NCBI GenBank assembly: GCA_026387835.1
Contig: JAPLKZ010000010.1
Span: 206,379 to 238,378, forward strand
Length of the DNA: 32,000 nt
Source of the DNA: Candidatus Saganbacteria bacterium
Lineage (GTDB): Bacteria; Margulisbacteria; WOR-1; JAKLHX01
Direction: 5' to 3'
In this document: piece by piece, positions 9,547 to 18,264 of the stretch
How positions within the stretch are numbered: position 1 is the stretch's first letter
Layout of the letters: every line of letters starts with the position of its first letter
Program-made: the position numbers and the translations under genes
The notes under the pieces: model-generated
The model's input: the letters and a program-made list of their open reading frames with translations, nothing else
Told to the model about the DNA's origin: nothing
The model's database searches: none

Positions 9547-9975
9547 ATGAAAAGAGGTTTTACGCTGATAGAAATGCTGATCACCATTTCGGTCATCGCT
9601 ATCCTGATGGGGGCATCGATCACCGGAATAACAACAATGACGAAGAAGGCCTCTTTGGACAATGCCGTTCGCCAGCTTGAAAGTGATCTTTACCTCGCAA
9701 AACAGAAAGCCATGTCAAACGGGAGCTCCTGCCGGCTGACCTGCGGTACTGACCGTTATGTTGTCGAAGTTCTTGATATCATCTCCGATCACTACTCGCT
9801 GATCAAGAATACCGCGCTTGGCCAAAGCCTGGCATTTAAGAACAGATGTACCTTCACGTTCTCTTCGAACGGTTTTCCTGTGCCGGGCTACTTTGGGACG
9901 GCAACGGTGCAAAGTGCGGACGGCAGGGATAAAAAAGTGGTCGTCTCTTCCGTCGGGAGGATACGGATAGAATGA
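9547..9975 (+). CDS. Prepilin-type N-terminal cleavage/methylation domain protein (GspH/FimT-like minor pseudopilin)
   Basis: 'MKRG|FTLIEML' prepilin motif with Glu+5 and a hydrophobic helix. The start was set at the ATG at 9547; the upstream 55 codons of the track ORF read through the GC-rich palindromic element. Confidence 0.8.
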   Translation: MKRGFTLIEMLITISVIAILMGASITGITTMTKKASLDNAVRQLESDLYLAKQKAMSNGSSCRLTCGTDRYVVEVLDIISDHYSLIKNTALGQSLAFKNRCTFTFSSNGFPVPGYFGTATVQSADGRDKKVVVSSVGRIRIE

Positions 9976-10277
9976 ACACCTCTGACCGGTCCGGCCTCAC
10001 GCTCATCGAGATATTGACCGCGAGCTTCATATTCATCCTGTTTTTGTCCTGTTTTCTTGTGCTTTTCAAGTCCCTGTCCCGCGGATTTTTACATATTTCT
10101 TGTGATGACCGCAAGATACTTTCCGCGGCCGGCATCCTGGAATCTATGGAAGCAGCAGCCTTCGATGATATCAGAAGCTCTCCCGATATTGAAGTGTCCG
10201 ATATTTCATCCGACCTGAAAACAATGCGCGTAAGGCTTGGAAGGATAGAGCTTTTTACATTAAGGTCAAAATACTGA
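9972..10277 (+). CDS. Prepilin-type minor pseudopilin (GspI-like by size and position)
   Basis: 'SG|LTLIEILTASFIF' N-terminal methylation motif. ATGA overlap with the upstream gene. Confidence 0.7.
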   Translation: MNTSDRSGLTLIEILTASFIFILFLSCFLVLFKSLSRGFLHISCDDRKILSAAGILESMEAAAFDDIRSSPDIEVSDISSDLKTMRVRLGRIELFTLRSKY

Positions 10278-10720
10278 TGGCACGTGCTGACAAGGGCTTT
10301 ACATTGATAGAGCTGATCACCGCGGCTTCACTGTCGTTTGTGGTCGTTTCTTCGTTATTTTATTTCTTGCTGCCTCTTCTTGGCTGGCAGAGAAGCGCAC
10401 ACAATATGGAAAATGGCCTTCACAGCTGCCTGTCGGCAATACAAACGATGTCCGCCGAGATCAGGTCTTCAAAAGGAGTGAGCAGCCTTTCCACAAAAGA
10501 CAGGCTCATCATTACATTTGACACTTATACGATATCGTTTGACCTTGCCGCGGGAAAAGTGAGGAGGACAAAAGGAGCAACTTCTCAATACCTGACAGCG
10601 GACGGATCAATAACGGGGCTTCAGTTCTTTTATCCTGCACCTCACCGTGTCATCCTAAATTTGCAGCCATCTTTTTTACGTTATTCTCTGACCAGTGAAG
10701 CCTGTTGCAGAAATGAATAA
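10277..10720 (+). CDS. Prepilin-type minor pseudopilin (GspJ/PulJ-like by position)
   Basis: 'KG|FTLIELITAASL' motif. Start overlaps the upstream stop. Confidence 0.72.
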   Translation: MARADKGFTLIELITAASLSFVVVSSLFYFLLPLLGWQRSAHNMENGLHSCLSAIQTMSAEIRSSKGVSSLSTKDRLIITFDTYTISFDLAAGKVRRTKGATSQYLTADGSITGLQFFYPAPHRVILNLQPSFLRYSLTSEACCRNE

Positions 10721-11153
10721 TATAAATAACAAAAAAGGGTATATTCTTCCCGTTTCAATATTTATGATCTTCCTGCTGCTCTCCGTAGGAGTGTCTGCTG
10801 CCGGACTCCTGGTCACCGCAAATAACATTAAGTCTGACTTCCTGCGCGGAACAAAAGTATTCTATCTTTCCGAAGCCGGCATCGAAACCGCAAAATCGAG
10901 GATCGCTTCAAGCGAAGGATGGGCAACGGACGAGCCTCACGCTGAAAACGATAAAAAATGGCTGCTGGCTTCTTCAAAAGGAGAGATTTCGCTTTTTGGC
11001 GAAGGCGGGTTCAAGATCGTGAAGGAGAAAAACAAAAACGTCATCTATTCTGTCGGATTTATCGGAAGCGATATCTTAAAGAGCCGATATTATTCTTTTC
11101 AAAGGCTGGATTATGAATTGCCGTTCAAACAAAAACATTGGGAGGAATTGTAG
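10713..11153 (+). CDS. GspK/PilX-like pseudopilin lacking Glu+5
   Basis: 'KKG|YILPVSIFMIFLLL' hydrophobic N-terminal helix without the +5 Glu, as in GspK-type proteins. Last gene of the four-gene set. 8-nt overlap with the upstream gene. Confidence 0.6.
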   Translation: MNNINNKKGYILPVSIFMIFLLLSVGVSAAGLLVTANNIKSDFLRGTKVFYLSEAGIETAKSRIASSEGWATDEPHAENDKKWLLASSKGEISLFGEGGFKIVKEKNKNVIYSVGFIGSDILKSRYYSFQRLDYELPFKQKHWEEL

Positions 11154-11158
11154 TAGTT

Positions 11159-11177
11159 GGCGGGTTTGAAATCCGCC
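11159..11177. terminator. Weak hairpin between convergent genes (possible bidirectional terminator)
   Basis: GGCGG (11159-11163) pairs with CCGCC (11173-11177) across a 9-nt loop. It sits in the 33-bp gap between the pseudopilin operon end and the ychF-like gene end. There is no clear U-tract. Confidence 0.25.
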
Positions 11178-11186
11178 CCTTCAAGA

Positions 11187-12212
11187 TCATACATTGAATC
11201 TGAAGTTTAAAATGTCCCCATCCTCGACTGTATAATCCCTGCCCTTCAGGTAAAATTTTCCTGCCTCTTTGAGCTTTGCTTCCGAACCCGCGGTGATAAA
11301 ATCAGTGTATTTCATCATCTCTGCGCGGACAAATCCCTTTTCTATATCTGAATGGATGGTTCTTCCGGCTTCGGGCGCGCTGGAACCTGATTTTACCGGC
11401 CATGCCCTGACTTCGTCTTCGCCTACAGTAAAAAACGAGATCAGCCCGAGACCAGAATAGACCGTCCTTGTCATTTTATCGACAGCCGGCTCTTCGATCC
11501 CGAGTTCTTTCATGAACTCTTGTCTGTCTGATTCTTTCAGCCTCCCGATTTCCTCTTCAAGTTCGGCACACAGGAACACGGAAAACATTGAATATTTCTC
11601 TGTCAGGGTCTTCTCGAGCCCCTCATCCTTTTTCTGCCCCTCTTCCAAATTGACGGCGCAGATGACCGGCTTAATTGTGAGGAACTGATAGATCGACAGA
11701 AGGATGTTTTCATCTTTGTTGGCAGTTATTCCTCTTAGCGGCTTGCCCTCATCTGTCAGGTGCTTGCATCTTAAAAGAAGATTTTTCTCTTTCTCTTTTT
11801 CTTCGGAAAATTTCTTTTTCTGTTCCTTTTCGATCGCTTCAAGCCTTTTTTCTATCAGGACCATGTCTGAAATCACAAGTTCGGAGACAAAATGGTCTAT
11901 ATCCTCTTTTGCGGTCGATGCTTTCTGGACCCAGCATATCTCGTCAGCATTTTTCAATTCGTTGAGCACCAGTATCTTCGCCGGGCCCTGGAGATTGAAA
12001 TCGGGGAGAAGGCTGTATTCGATCTTTGCGAATGTTGTTTTTTTGGGGGTATACATCTTTGAAAGGACCGTAATGCGGGGGTCTTTGACCTCGCAGATGC
12101 CTTTTTGGACCTCAAGCGGCTTTAAATCGACGGTCTCAAGAGGAATGCCTGTCAGGACACTGAACAATTGCCTCTGCCCAGAAAATGGAAGTCCGGTTAT
12201 GACCGCTTTCAT
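11187..12212 (-). CDS. YchF/OLA1-like protein (DUF933 and TGS-like C-terminus) with a degenerate Walker A motif
   Basis: The C-terminal half aligns closely with YchF ('EVRAW', 'APEAGRTIHSDIEKGFVRAE', 'DGDILNFRFNV'). The N-terminus reads 'ITGLPFSGQRQLF' where YchF has 'VGLPNVGKSTLF'. Confidence 0.8.
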   Translation of the reverse strand: MKAVITGLPFSGQRQLFSVLTGIPLETVDLKPLEVQKGICEVKDPRITVLSKMYTPKKTTFAKIEYSLLPDFNLQGPAKILVLNELKNADEICWVQKASTAKEDIDHFVSELVISDMVLIEKRLEAIEKEQKKKFSEEKEKEKNLLLRCKHLTDEGKPLRGITANKDENILLSIYQFLTIKPVICAVNLEEGQKKDEGLEKTLTEKYSMFSVFLCAELEEEIGRLKESDRQEFMKELGIEEPAVDKMTRTVYSGLGLISFFTVGEDEVRAWPVKSGSSAPEAGRTIHSDIEKGFVRAEMMKYTDFITAGSEAKLKEAGKFYLKGRDYTVEDGDILNFRFNV

Positions 12213-12250
12213 GTTTTCATTCTAACATCTGCGCAGGGCGTATTGTTCTC

Positions 12251-13366
12251 CTATGGTTTTGGGGATATCCATTCTCTTATCCCGTCCCATGTTGCCAGAT
12301 TGACGTCTTCCGGCATAATTGTCGAAACATTCACGCTTTTTGTTACGACCGGCTTCACTCTTGCTCCGGGCAAAAGCCAGCTTTTCTTCCATGTCTCATC
12401 CGGATACATGACCGTCGCAGGTATATCTAATGCCTGTGCAACATGAGCAGCGCCATTTTCCGTTGTCACAAGCCAGGAACATCTTTCTACCGCCGCTGCC
12501 AGCCTGTCCGGGGTCGGCGTACCCATGCCAATAAATCTTTGACCGAAATCTTTTGTGTATTCCGTCAACAACCGCCAGATCTCTTCCTCTGTTTCACCAA
12601 CGAGCGCCATATACTTTACCGGTCTTCCTGCAACAAGCCCATTTCCTTCTCGATTTAATAACGATTCAAATTGTTTTATAATTTCCGCATATTTTTTGAT
12701 CGGCCATACATTGTTCATTCCGCCGATATTAATGCCGAGTATAAAATCGTTTTTGCTAAAGCCGTTTAATTCTAAAGAATTTGAAATGGCTTGCCGGTCT
12801 TTATCCGTCGACCAGACTTCCGGCTTATGATCGGCTCCTGTTATTCCGAATGGCTCTAGATACCTAAGGTAGTGGAGACCTGCATATTCGCCAAAATACG
12901 GCATCCCGCCGGAGGACTTGATCGTAGCATCGAACAGATAAGGCTGCCCTTCTAAAGGAGGGTGATCCCGCAACTTCCGGGAGATAACATGTTGGGAATA
13001 GTAATAGCCTATGTTATGGTCAAAATATACCGCATGATTGACCGCAAGGTCGCAAAGCCAGTTCTCCGACAGCAGCGTTACGATTGCCGTGTCATACATT
13101 TCACTTCTGATGTCCATTTCTGTTTTGGCATCGAACATTGAACTTGTCTTGACATCTTCCGGTAATACCGTATGGACTTTTACCCCGAAAGGATTATGCT
13201 GATAAAAAGTCGCTTCTTCCTCTCTCACGACAACTCCAATCCTGCTGTCTGGGAAATTTTTCCTGAGCGCCCTTAAAACGGGATTAAAACAGATCCTGCC
13301 GCCGAGTGACGGCACCTTCAGGAAAACGAGTGTGTTCGGGGAATATTTTAGGATACCTGCCGGCAT
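12251..13366 (-). CDS. Glycosyltransferase family 9 (heptosyltransferase-like) protein
   Basis: N-terminal 'PSLGGRICFNPVLRALRKNFPDSRI' and C-terminal 'LVTTENGAAHVAQALDIPATVMY' follow the GT9 pattern (LGD...P...L, then DSG..H.A.A...P). Confidence 0.65.
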   Translation of the reverse strand: MPAGILKYSPNTLVFLKVPSLGGRICFNPVLRALRKNFPDSRIGVVVREEEATFYQHNPFGVKVHTVLPEDVKTSSMFDAKTEMDIRSEMYDTAIVTLLSENWLCDLAVNHAVYFDHNIGYYYSQHVISRKLRDHPPLEGQPYLFDATIKSSGGMPYFGEYAGLHYLRYLEPFGITGADHKPEVWSTDKDRQAISNSLELNGFSKNDFILGINIGGMNNVWPIKKYAEIIKQFESLLNREGNGLVAGRPVKYMALVGETEEEIWRLLTEYTKDFGQRFIGMGTPTPDRLAAAVERCSWLVTTENGAAHVAQALDIPATVMYPDETWKKSWLLPGARVKPVVTKSVNVSTIMPEDVNLATWDGIREWISPKP

Positions 13367-13407
13367 AAATACCTCTGTTTATATATCGTAAGATCCGGGC
13401 AGGGATT

Positions 13408-14127
13408 TCAGGCGGAATAAGGTGTTTCAAAAACTCCGGATATTTTCTGCGGAGCTAGCATTTCATCCGTAGTGCCATCACCGGCTATCGAACCGTTCTT
13501 TAGAAAGATTATCCTGGTGCAGTATTTTTTTGCAAGACCGATATCGTGAAAGACCGCGATCACTGTCTTGTCTTTTAATCTTTTTAACAGTTCCAGTATC
13601 TCGATCTGGTATCTGATGTCCAGATGCGCGGTGGGTTCGTCCAGAAGCAATATCTTAGCACCCTGCGCTAGGCTTCTTGCGATGATGACCCTCTGATACT
13701 CGCCTCCGCTCAGGGCGGTTACATCCCTGTCCTTCATTTCAAGAAGGCCTGTCATTATTTCCGCTTCTCTTATCGCGTCAAAATCATTCTGCTTATAAGA
13801 GGAGAACGCATCGACATGTGGCATCCTGCCCATCGAGATGATCTCTTCGACGGTGAAACCAGATGCCGGCTCCGACAGCTGCGGCACGTAAGAGATGTCC
13901 TTTGCGATCTCTTTTCTGTTCATCTGCCTTATGTCCCTGCCTGATATCGATATCTCGCCGTCCAGGACGGGAATAGTTCTTATCAAAGCCCTGAGCAACG
14001 TCGTCTTGCCGGAACCGTTAGGTCCAAGGATGCCGACGAACTCCCCTTCCCCGGCAGAAAAAGAAATGCCCTCCAATGCTTTTTTTGATCTGTATCCGCA
14101 AGAAATATTTTTTACTTCGAGCTTCAT
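13408..14127 (-). CDS. ABC transporter ATP-binding protein, iron-chelate/cobalamin type (FepC/BtuD-like)
   Basis: Walker A 'GPNGSGKTT', signature 'LSGGEYQR', Walker B 'ILLLDEPT'. The start was set at the M18 ATG, which overlaps the permease stop (TGATG). Confidence 0.88.
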   Translation of the reverse strand: MKLEVKNISCGYRSKKALEGISFSAGEGEFVGILGPNGSGKTTLLRALIRTIPVLDGEISISGRDIRQMNRKEIAKDISYVPQLSEPASGFTVEEIISMGRMPHVDAFSSYKQNDFDAIREAEIMTGLLEMKDRDVTALSGGEYQRVIIARSLAQGAKILLLDEPTAHLDIRYQIEILELLKRLKDKTVIAVFHDIGLAKKYCTRIIFLKNGSIAGDGTTDEMLAPQKISGVFETPYSA

Positions 14128-15071
14128 CAGCTTCTCCTCAACAAATAAATGAAGAATGGTGCCCCAAGCATCGCGCATACTATACCTACCGGAATTTCAG
14201 AGGGTATCATTATCACTCTCGAGATGATATCGGCGAGCACCATAAGGACGGCGCCGGCCAGGGCGCTAGCCGGTATCAGATAAGAATTGTTGGAACCAGA
14301 GATAAGCCTCATCATATGCGGCACGATCAATCCGATAAAACCTATCATTCCGCAAAGGGATACGGCCACTCCGGTCATCAGTGACGCGATTATCAAAAGG
14401 ATGTTCCTCGACCGCATCACGTCCACCCCGAGAGAAAGGGCTTCCTCGTCTCCGAGCGCAAGCGCGTTCAGGTCCCTGGAATAGATCATGGCGGCGATGA
14501 TCCCCGCCAAAGCCGCATAAAATGCCAGATGGACAGAGGCCCAGTTAGCCGCGGAAAAACTTCCCAGGATCCAGAAAAAGATCGACTGCAGTCTGTCGGA
14601 AAAGATCACCATAAATGATAATATTGCCGACAAAAGCGAAGACACCGCGACGCCGGCTAATATCAGTGTCTGGGGTTTTATCTCGCCCGCGACTTTTGAC
14701 GCGTGATAGATTATAAATACGCCGGCCACCGCGCCCAGGAAAGCGAACGCGGACACATAGTACAACGGCAGCAGCAGTATTATCGCCGCGGCAGCGGCGA
14801 CGCTTCCGCCGGCCGATATTCCCAGGATATACGGGTCGCACAGAGGATTTTTCAGGGAAGACTGAAGTATAGCGCCGGAAACCGCCAGCATCGCGCCCAC
14901 AAGGGCCGCCAGGATGACCCGCGGCAATCTTATCTGCCACAGTATGAACGAGAACGGGGCTTTCATGTCAAAAGGATTTATTCCGACCGCCCCTACAAGC
15001 ACTCCGAGGACGATGACCGCGCAAAGCGCCGCGGTCAGGAACAGCATCAACATATAATACTTTTGTTTCAT
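14127..15071 (-). CDS. FecCD/BtuC-family ABC transporter permease
   Basis: A polytopic membrane protein with 'RLPRV', 'GISAGG' and 'PVGIV.A..GAPFF' motifs characteristic of FecCD-family permeases. Confidence 0.88.
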   Translation of the reverse strand: MKQKYYMLMLFLTAALCAVIVLGVLVGAVGINPFDMKAPFSFILWQIRLPRVILAALVGAMLAVSGAILQSSLKNPLCDPYILGISAGGSVAAAAAIILLLPLYYVSAFAFLGAVAGVFIIYHASKVAGEIKPQTLILAGVAVSSLLSAILSFMVIFSDRLQSIFFWILGSFSAANWASVHLAFYAALAGIIAAMIYSRDLNALALGDEEALSLGVDVMRSRNILLIIASLMTGVAVSLCGMIGFIGLIVPHMMRLISGSNNSYLIPASALAGAVLMVLADIISRVIMIPSEIPVGIVCAMLGAPFFIYLLRRS

Positions 15072-15982
15072 TTCTGTTCCCGCTTCTGTATAAAAGAAGT
15101 GATAAGGTCAAGCGCTGTCATCAGCCTCGGGGACGGCCTTGTTATTATGTCGGAATCTATCAAAAGCATGTTGTTCTCTTTCACGGCTTTGATGATCCTC
15201 CATTTTGGGCTGGTCTTTAGTCTTGTTATTTCGTCTTTTGCTTTGCCGGCAATAATAAGAAAATCGGGGTCCTGTTCGATCAATTCTTCAAAGTTCATTA
15301 TGGGGTATTTAACGCCCATTTGAGAGGCGATGTTCACTCCTCCGGCAAGAGTTATCAGGTCGTCTATAAAGGTGCCGTTGCCGGCAGTTATCAGCGGATT
15401 ATGCCAGAGCATGACAAAGACCTTCGGCTTGACGCGCGATCTGTTTTGAGTTGATATTTTATATATCTCGTTCTGCATCTTTTTTGAAAGGTCGCGCGCT
15501 TCTTTTTTGTTCCCGGTCGCCTGCCCTAAAATGTTTATCGAGTAGATCAGGCCGGGCAGGGTCTGCGGGTTTATTACGAACACGGGAAGATGCATCCGCC
15601 TGAGCCTTTCAACATCGTTTTTTTGCGCGTCACCCAGCATCACTATGAGGTCCGGGTTCAGGGAGATTATCTGTTCGATGTTCAGGTCCGCGCCGCCTAT
15701 CTTTTTGATCTTTCTCGCCTCGGGCGGGTAGTTGCATTGTGATGTCACGCCGATGATCCTGTCCTTCAGCCCCAGTGCAAAGAGGATCTCCGTATTGCTG
15801 GGCATCGTGGAAATTATCCTTACAGGCCTGTGGACCGCGGTGTACGGCTCTCCGCTTTCATCGATCACGACCGCCGACCTGAACGGTTTTTCGAGTATTT
15901 TTTGGGGTTTCTCGACGGTTTTAGCTCCGCATCCGGAAAATACCGAAAGAATAAGAAGTGCCGATATTATTTTTGTTTTCAT
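15068..15982 (-). CDS. Periplasmic substrate-binding lipoprotein of the BtuF/FepB (cluster A) type
   Basis: Lipobox 'VFSGC' after a signal peptide. 'RIISTMPSNTEILFALGL', 'NIEQIISLNPDLIV' and 'PSPR' are typical of PBP type-2 iron/B12 binders. ATGA overlap with the permease. Confidence 0.82.
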   Translation of the reverse strand: MKTKIISALLILSVFSGCGAKTVEKPQKILEKPFRSAVVIDESGEPYTAVHRPVRIISTMPSNTEILFALGLKDRIIGVTSQCNYPPEARKIKKIGGADLNIEQIISLNPDLIVMLGDAQKNDVERLRRMHLPVFVINPQTLPGLIYSINILGQATGNKKEARDLSKKMQNEIYKISTQNRSRVKPKVFVMLWHNPLITAGNGTFIDDLITLAGGVNIASQMGVKYPIMNFEELIEQDPDFLIIAGKAKDEITRLKTSPKWRIIKAVKENNMLLIDSDIITRPSPRLMTALDLITSFIQKREQK

Positions 15983-15991
15983 TTGCCGTAA

Positions 15992-16006
15992 CTGATATTA
16001 TATCAG
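15992..16006 (-). promoter_or_regulatory. Perfect 7-1-7 palindrome CTGATAT-T-ATATCAG containing an extended -10 (TGATATAAT on the minus strand); Fur-family-box-like
   Basis: Read directly from the sequence in the 29-bp gap between the ftsK stop and the binding-protein start. It resembles, but does not equal, the Fur 7-1-7 box TGATAAT-N-ATTATCA. Confidence 0.4.
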
Positions 16007-16011
16007 GGAAG

Positions 16012-18264
16012 CTAAAATTTCGGGTAGTCGGGTTTTGCTTCGGAGTCCACCATCCCCATAGAGATCAGGTCGGACATGCTTTTCAGTATCTTTCTCGGCC
16101 TGTTCTCGCCCTCCGGCTGTGATACCACGCCGGCATCCGTAAGCTCGTCCATCAGCCTTGCCGCCCTGTTGTATCCTATCCTCATCCTTCTCTGCAGGTG
16201 AGAGGTCGACCCCTGTCCGCTTTCGATTATTATCCGCGCCGCTTCGGCGAACAGTTCATCCCTTTCGGCTGCCCCCGCCTGGCCGGAAGATCTTTCACCG
16301 TTAAATTTTAAGTTCAATATCTCTTCGGAATATTCCGGAGACGCCTGATCCCTGACAAAACTGACGATGCGCTCGATCTCGTCATCGCTTACAAAAGAGC
16401 CCTGGACCCTTGTAGGCTTCATGGCGCCTATCGGCGAGTAGAGCATGTCGCCCCTGCCGAGAAGTTTTTCGGCGCCGCTCATGTCAAGTATCACGCGGGA
16501 ATCTATCTGCGTCGCTACCGCGAACGAGATCCTCGACGGTATGTTCGCCTTGATCAGGCCGGTTATGACATCAACGGACGGCCTTTGCGTTGCCACGACA
16601 AGGTGGATACCCGTAGCGCGGGCCATCTGCGCGATACGGCAGATCGTCGTCTCGACCTCAGATGCCGCGACCATCATCAGGTCCGCGAGCTCGTCTATTA
16701 TCACCACGATATAGGGGAGCCTTTCCGGGATGAATTCGTCCTCTTTTCCGCTCTCTTCGTATCTGTCAACTTTTTTATTGAACCCGTCGATGTTCCTCAC
16801 GCCGGCGTTGAAAAATTCCTTGTACCTCCGCTCCATCTCCCTCACGACCCACTCTTTAAGCGTGACGGCGGCTTTTTTCGGATCGGTGACGACCGGCGCC
16901 ATCAAGTGCGGGATGTTCGAGTAATTTGTCAGCTCGACCATCTTGGGGTCGATCATGATGAATTTTACTTCGTCGGGACGCGCGCGCAGAAGGATGCTTA
17001 CTATCAATGAATTGATCGCGACACTTTTCCCCGAACCGGTAGTGCCGGCGATCAGAAGATGCGGCATTTTTGAAAGGTCCCCGAATATCGGCGCTCCTGC
17101 GATGTCTTTGCCTATGCCTATCAATAGTTTTGAAGTGTTCTGCGCGAATTCATTTGTCCTTGCTATTTCCCCTAGATGCACGGGCGTTACGGTCATGTTC
17201 GGCACTTCGATCCCGACAACGGATTTGCCGAGTATCGGAGCTTCCATCCTCACCCCGCCGGAAGCGAGGTTTAGGGCGATATCATCCGCGAGATTCGCGA
17301 TCTTGCTTACCTTCACTCCGGGTTCCGGCTGGACCTCGAACCGCGTGACCGCCGGGCCTATACTGATGTTCATCACATTGGCGCCGACACCGAAGCTCCT
17401 GAGGACCCTTTCAAGGTCGGTCTTTCTCTGCTGCATAAGTTCCCTGAGCTTCTGGGCCCGCTGTTTTTCTTTTTCGGTCATCGTGTTCAAAAGCTCAAGG
17501 GAAGGAAGCTTGTAGGAATGCCTTTTATATTTTTTCACGGGCCGTTCCGCGGCCGTGCCGAGATCTATTTTTTCCTCCTGCCTTGGTTCGGCGCTGTCTT
17601 CTCTTGTCCTCATCTCTTTAATAAGCGGGAGCTGCGCCTGGATGGAGCTTTTATCCTCGCCGTAGGAAGCGTGATCTATTATGGGCACGTCCTGGTTCAC
17701 TCTTCTCGGCTTTTTCTTCATATCGTTTTTTTTGGATCTTATCATGTCTACAATATCAAGAAAGGCATCTATCGTGGTTATGTTGAATATGAGGACCAGG
17801 GATATTATCAACATCGCCGACAGAATGATGACCGTGCCTACCGAACCGAGGAGCCTTATGAAAACGTAATTAGTGAAATACCCCGCCCATCCACCGCCGC
17901 CGGCCACGATCTCGTGGACCTTTAGATAGTATTTAGGGAAAAAGAACTGCGAAGTGGTTATAAAAGTCATGAACAAAAGACAGAATCCCGTGATCCTCAC
18001 TTTCAGGGAGCGCGGCTCCTGCCTTGTCAGCATCACCGCTCCTATGAGCGTCAGAAAAAGCGGTAGGAATACTATGCCGAAACCGAAAGTCTTTTCGAGA
18101 AGCCATTTCACCAGATAGATCCCCAGCAGGCCCGTCCATTTAGGAGATGTCGTGGATGATACAGTGCAAAAGAGTATATAGATCGCGGACGCGATAAGGA
18201 GGATCCCGGCCGCTGTGTGGCGGTGCCCCTGGATCTCCCTATCTTCTGTCTTTTTGGCTGCCAA
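16012..18264 (-). CDS. ftsK: DNA translocase FtsK/SpoIIIE
   Basis: N-terminal TM helices. Motor domain with Walker A 'GTTGSGKS' and 'VVIIDELADLMM'. C-terminal gamma winged-helix 'STSHLQRRMRIGYNRAARLMDEL'. Confidence 0.95.
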   Translation of the reverse strand: MAAKKTEDREIQGHRHTAAGILLIASAIYILFCTVSSTTSPKWTGLLGIYLVKWLLEKTFGFGIVFLPLFLTLIGAVMLTRQEPRSLKVRITGFCLLFMTFITTSQFFFPKYYLKVHEIVAGGGGWAGYFTNYVFIRLLGSVGTVIILSAMLIISLVLIFNITTIDAFLDIVDMIRSKKNDMKKKPRRVNQDVPIIDHASYGEDKSSIQAQLPLIKEMRTREDSAEPRQEEKIDLGTAAERPVKKYKRHSYKLPSLELLNTMTEKEKQRAQKLRELMQQRKTDLERVLRSFGVGANVMNISIGPAVTRFEVQPEPGVKVSKIANLADDIALNLASGGVRMEAPILGKSVVGIEVPNMTVTPVHLGEIARTNEFAQNTSKLLIGIGKDIAGAPIFGDLSKMPHLLIAGTTGSGKSVAINSLIVSILLRARPDEVKFIMIDPKMVELTNYSNIPHLMAPVVTDPKKAAVTLKEWVVREMERRYKEFFNAGVRNIDGFNKKVDRYEESGKEDEFIPERLPYIVVIIDELADLMMVAASEVETTICRIAQMARATGIHLVVATQRPSVDVITGLIKANIPSRISFAVATQIDSRVILDMSGAEKLLGRGDMLYSPIGAMKPTRVQGSFVSDDEIERIVSFVRDQASPEYSEEILNLKFNGERSSGQAGAAERDELFAEAARIIIESGQGSTSHLQRRMRIGYNRAARLMDELTDAGVVSQPEGENRPRKILKSMSDLISMGMVDSEAKPDYPKF

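Noticed and set aside
16943-17515. Long antisense ORFs opposite real genes, for example 16943-17515, 18215-18841, 18561-19175, 14703-15323, 11704-12225, 1582-2211, 672-1121, 21518-22045 and 28193-28684.
   Set aside because: Each lies fully inside a confidently identified gene on the other strand. Their low-complexity Ser/Arg/Pro-rich composition is typical of shadow ORFs, and none has an RBS or a recognisable motif.
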